Program-made: the position numbers and the translations under genes
Assembly: GCA_012295275.1 (NCBI GenBank)
Contig: CM022673.1
Location: forward strand, 17,050,001 to 17,114,000
Origin: Chrysomallon squamiferum
Taxonomy: Eukaryota; Animalia; Mollusca
Length of the DNA stretch: 64,000 nucleotides
Direction of reading: 5' to 3'
Shown here: positions 60,983 through 64,000 of the stretch, in pieces
Layout: each line of letters opens with the position of its first letter
How positions within the stretch are numbered: the stretch's first letter is position 1
Notes under the pieces: model-generated
What the model was told of the DNA's origin: nothing
Database searches by the model: none
Seen by the model: only the letters and a program-made list of their open reading frames with translations

Positions 60983-63041
60983 TTCTTTCGCTGGAAGTAA
61001 AGTCCTATCGCAAACGTTCTGCTGTTCTCAGGTGTAGACTGAGAAAAATCCAGCTGATCTGTAGACTGTTCTGTGAGCTGTTAGACGTTCTCTCCGTTCT
61101 ACAAGTCCATCTGTTCTGTCTACCCGCTCAACAACGTGCTCATTGTCACTGGTCTGATGACAGGACTCGGGTTAGATATTTAGTGTTTTGTTTCCACTGT
61201 GGTTAAATGGCTGAAATATCCAGTACGTATCAGGACTTGTCCCTCTATCTCCGACATCTGACACTCAACTATTTTTGTAAACCGTACGCAAATTCGTAGC
61301 CAGCTGATTCTCATTCCAAAATAACTATCCTTCTGCTCGAACTGACTTTTTCTTTTCTCGTAGACTGTCTTTTTGACGACCACAACGACGACGACGGCAA
61401 CGATGGTGTAGGTAGGTTTTGTTCTTTGCCCCAGCAAGACCCCTTTAAACAACTAAATGGCAGGAAGGTGTCATTGTGTTACAAACAGGAGCGATCCAAA
61501 CGAGTAAACCGAGCCTGAAACGAAAAACGGGGATAAGTCATTAGACAAAATAACAATGCGATACGCTATACTCAGCTGACTGCATTGATAAACTGTAACA
61601 ATTTTCTGTGCGGTTTAATTTAAAATCAATTCAAGATTAACGGACCAGAAACAATGATGATTGTGTTCCCAGTGTCTCGAGTCTGTGCCCTAAACACCAA
61701 GAATTTGAACTGTCGACATACACTAAAACATAGAAATGTACAAACAACAACTTCTGCTACTACTGCAACAACAACAGCCACAACAGCAGCAACAACAACA
61801 ACAACAACAATAATAATATTATAATGACGATGATGATGATGATAATAATGAATGTGATAATGGTAATAATGATGTTTATGTTGATAATACTGGTAAGTAT
61901 AACAATAATAACATCAACACTGATGATGATGATGATGATAAAATAATAACAACAATAACAACAATAATAATAGTGGTTGCAGTTTTCATAATATTGTCCG
62001 GGTTTAAATGATTTAATCATACTTTTTTTCTTTCTTTCTTTTTTTTAATTTTAATTTTAATTTTTTTAATTTAAATTTTACTTTAAGATTTGACTAATTA
62101 TATTCTCCAGCAAGTTATCTAGTTTACTCTTGCAGTATTAGAAACAGTAGTAGTCTACAGCCTGTAATGAAGTCTATCACACTTCTGCTGAATTAAAAAC
62201 GTTATAGAAATATGAGGTACCAATCTCGGAGCACGGGCTTGATCAGGAAAAGGTGCAGCTTGCTTACCGAGGGAGTTAAGTCCTGCAGTCGATTACATCT
62301 CGCTTGAGTGTTGAAACAACTGAGTTATAACCCAGTCGTTTTCAGCAAAGAAAACACAATAAGGAACTAAAAGACGAAGAGCACCAACCCCTCTCCTCCC
62401 CAAAAAGGAAAGCTATAACAACAATTTCTCCTTTAAATAATTTTTTTTTCTGATGCTCTTTCGGATTATAAAATGCGTGTGCTTGTAGTTAGAAATCTCA
62501 ATCATTTTTCGTTAATTTTATATTTCAAAAAAAGGTCTGTTGCTGAACAGAACCCTTGCAGACTCGCTGTAGAAGATACATTATTGCAATTGATTTTCCA
62601 ATCAACTACAAAACCAGCAAGCTTCAGGAAGCGAAATATCGAGTGCACGGGGCATATTACTTTACCATCATCATATTTGTCGCCAGAGAAAAACAGTTAA
62701 GTGAAGAAAATTATTTTATTTTTTAAAAAACAAGTGTCTACAGAATATATACATAACAAAACGAAACTGGGAGTGTTTAGGTGCATACATGTCAACGAAC
62801 TGGGAAATGGATTAATTATAAGTAATATTTGTGATACAAATCTGTGAAGGAAGCCACATGATACAGTTATGTATGAACTCTTCTAATACTTGCTGAGTAA
62901 GCAGGCGCAGATCTGGAGGGGGGTTGTCATAGGGATTTCGACCCTTTGTGCCCAATAACAAACAATTTAGCCAATTTTGATGATTTTATTACTTTTATTT
63001 TTAAAAATATGTTAATGTAAAAACATGGATGAAATATATAA

Positions 63042-63079
<38 letters not shown>

Positions 63080-63790
63080 GGATACACAAATACCTACCTA
63101 TACACATACACATGCATACATACATAGGATACAAACAAACATATACATGGATACATACATAGGATACACAAAGATACACATACACAATTCATACATACAC
63201 ACATACATACATACATACATTCATACATACATACGTATATACATACATACATATATTCACATACACACATACACAGTCTATCAACTACAAAGCTCAGTTA
63301 TAAGAAAGAAAAACAAATTATCTTAAGTATCTTCGATTACTTACTGAAGAAGAAAGAATAGGATGAAACTGGTGTGTTTTTTACTGTGTAGGACTGTTTA
63401 CGCCATGACTTTTCAAAACGTGTGCTGTGTATTTGTTACATCTCTGTGTGAAGTGTTGTCTGTGGTGTGAAATATAGCGTGCGGTCACACGTTATACAGT
63501 AATAACGTAATCATTACACTGTAGGCATGAAAGTATGTATATGCATACGTATGTATGTATGTTGTTTGTATGTGTGCTTGTGTGTGTATATGTACGCATG
63601 TGCGTACGTATGTATGTATATATGTATTATATATTTGTGTGTATGTGTGTATGTATGTGTGTGTGCGCATATATGTATATGTATATGTGCTAATGTGTGT
63701 TTGTGTGTATGTATAGTATGTATATATATGTATGTATGTATTCATATGTGTCAGAACGTGTAATTCCCATAATAACCCCCATCTATACAT

Positions 63791-63831
<41 letters not shown>

Positions 63832-64000
63832 TGCAAGCGTGCGCGTTTTTTGTGTGTGTGTGTGTGTTAATCCAGGGATATAAAAATAATTTATATGCAT
63901 TGATTTCCATGCACGACCCGCCGGACAGATAGGAGATAACGACGTAGTGAAAGGTTTAATTGGAAACAAGCTGCACTCTAACGAACCAGAAACAGTTAAT

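Overview
AT-rich, microsatellite-dense animal genomic DNA, probably molluscan given the degraded Meta/MESC-type SINE fragments. One protein-coding gene dominates the window: a minus-strand atypical (Gyc-88E / MsGC-beta3-like, putatively O2-regulated) soluble guanylate cyclase. It has 10 coding exons between 59951 (ATG) and 13188 (TAG), and all nine introns are GT-AG and phase-consistent. The ~834-aa product has H-NOX, H-NOBA/PAS, coiled-coil and cyclase domains plus a long tail with two K-C-P-aromatic motifs and a terminal CaaX box (CNML). As given, exon 1 has a 1-nt frameshift at a T6 run (59592-59597): most likely a homopolymer assembly error, though slippage or a real null allele is possible. 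The introns contain a truncated Tigger/pogo transposon, a Tigger4-like MITE, SINE remnants, a ~160-bp-arm inverted repeat, a 24-bp minisatellite and a triplicated splice-acceptor region. Nearly all other ORFs in the track are translations of simple repeats. I saw no tRNA, rRNA or CRISPR array, and no clearly new system; the best leads are the cyclase tail motifs and the frameshift.
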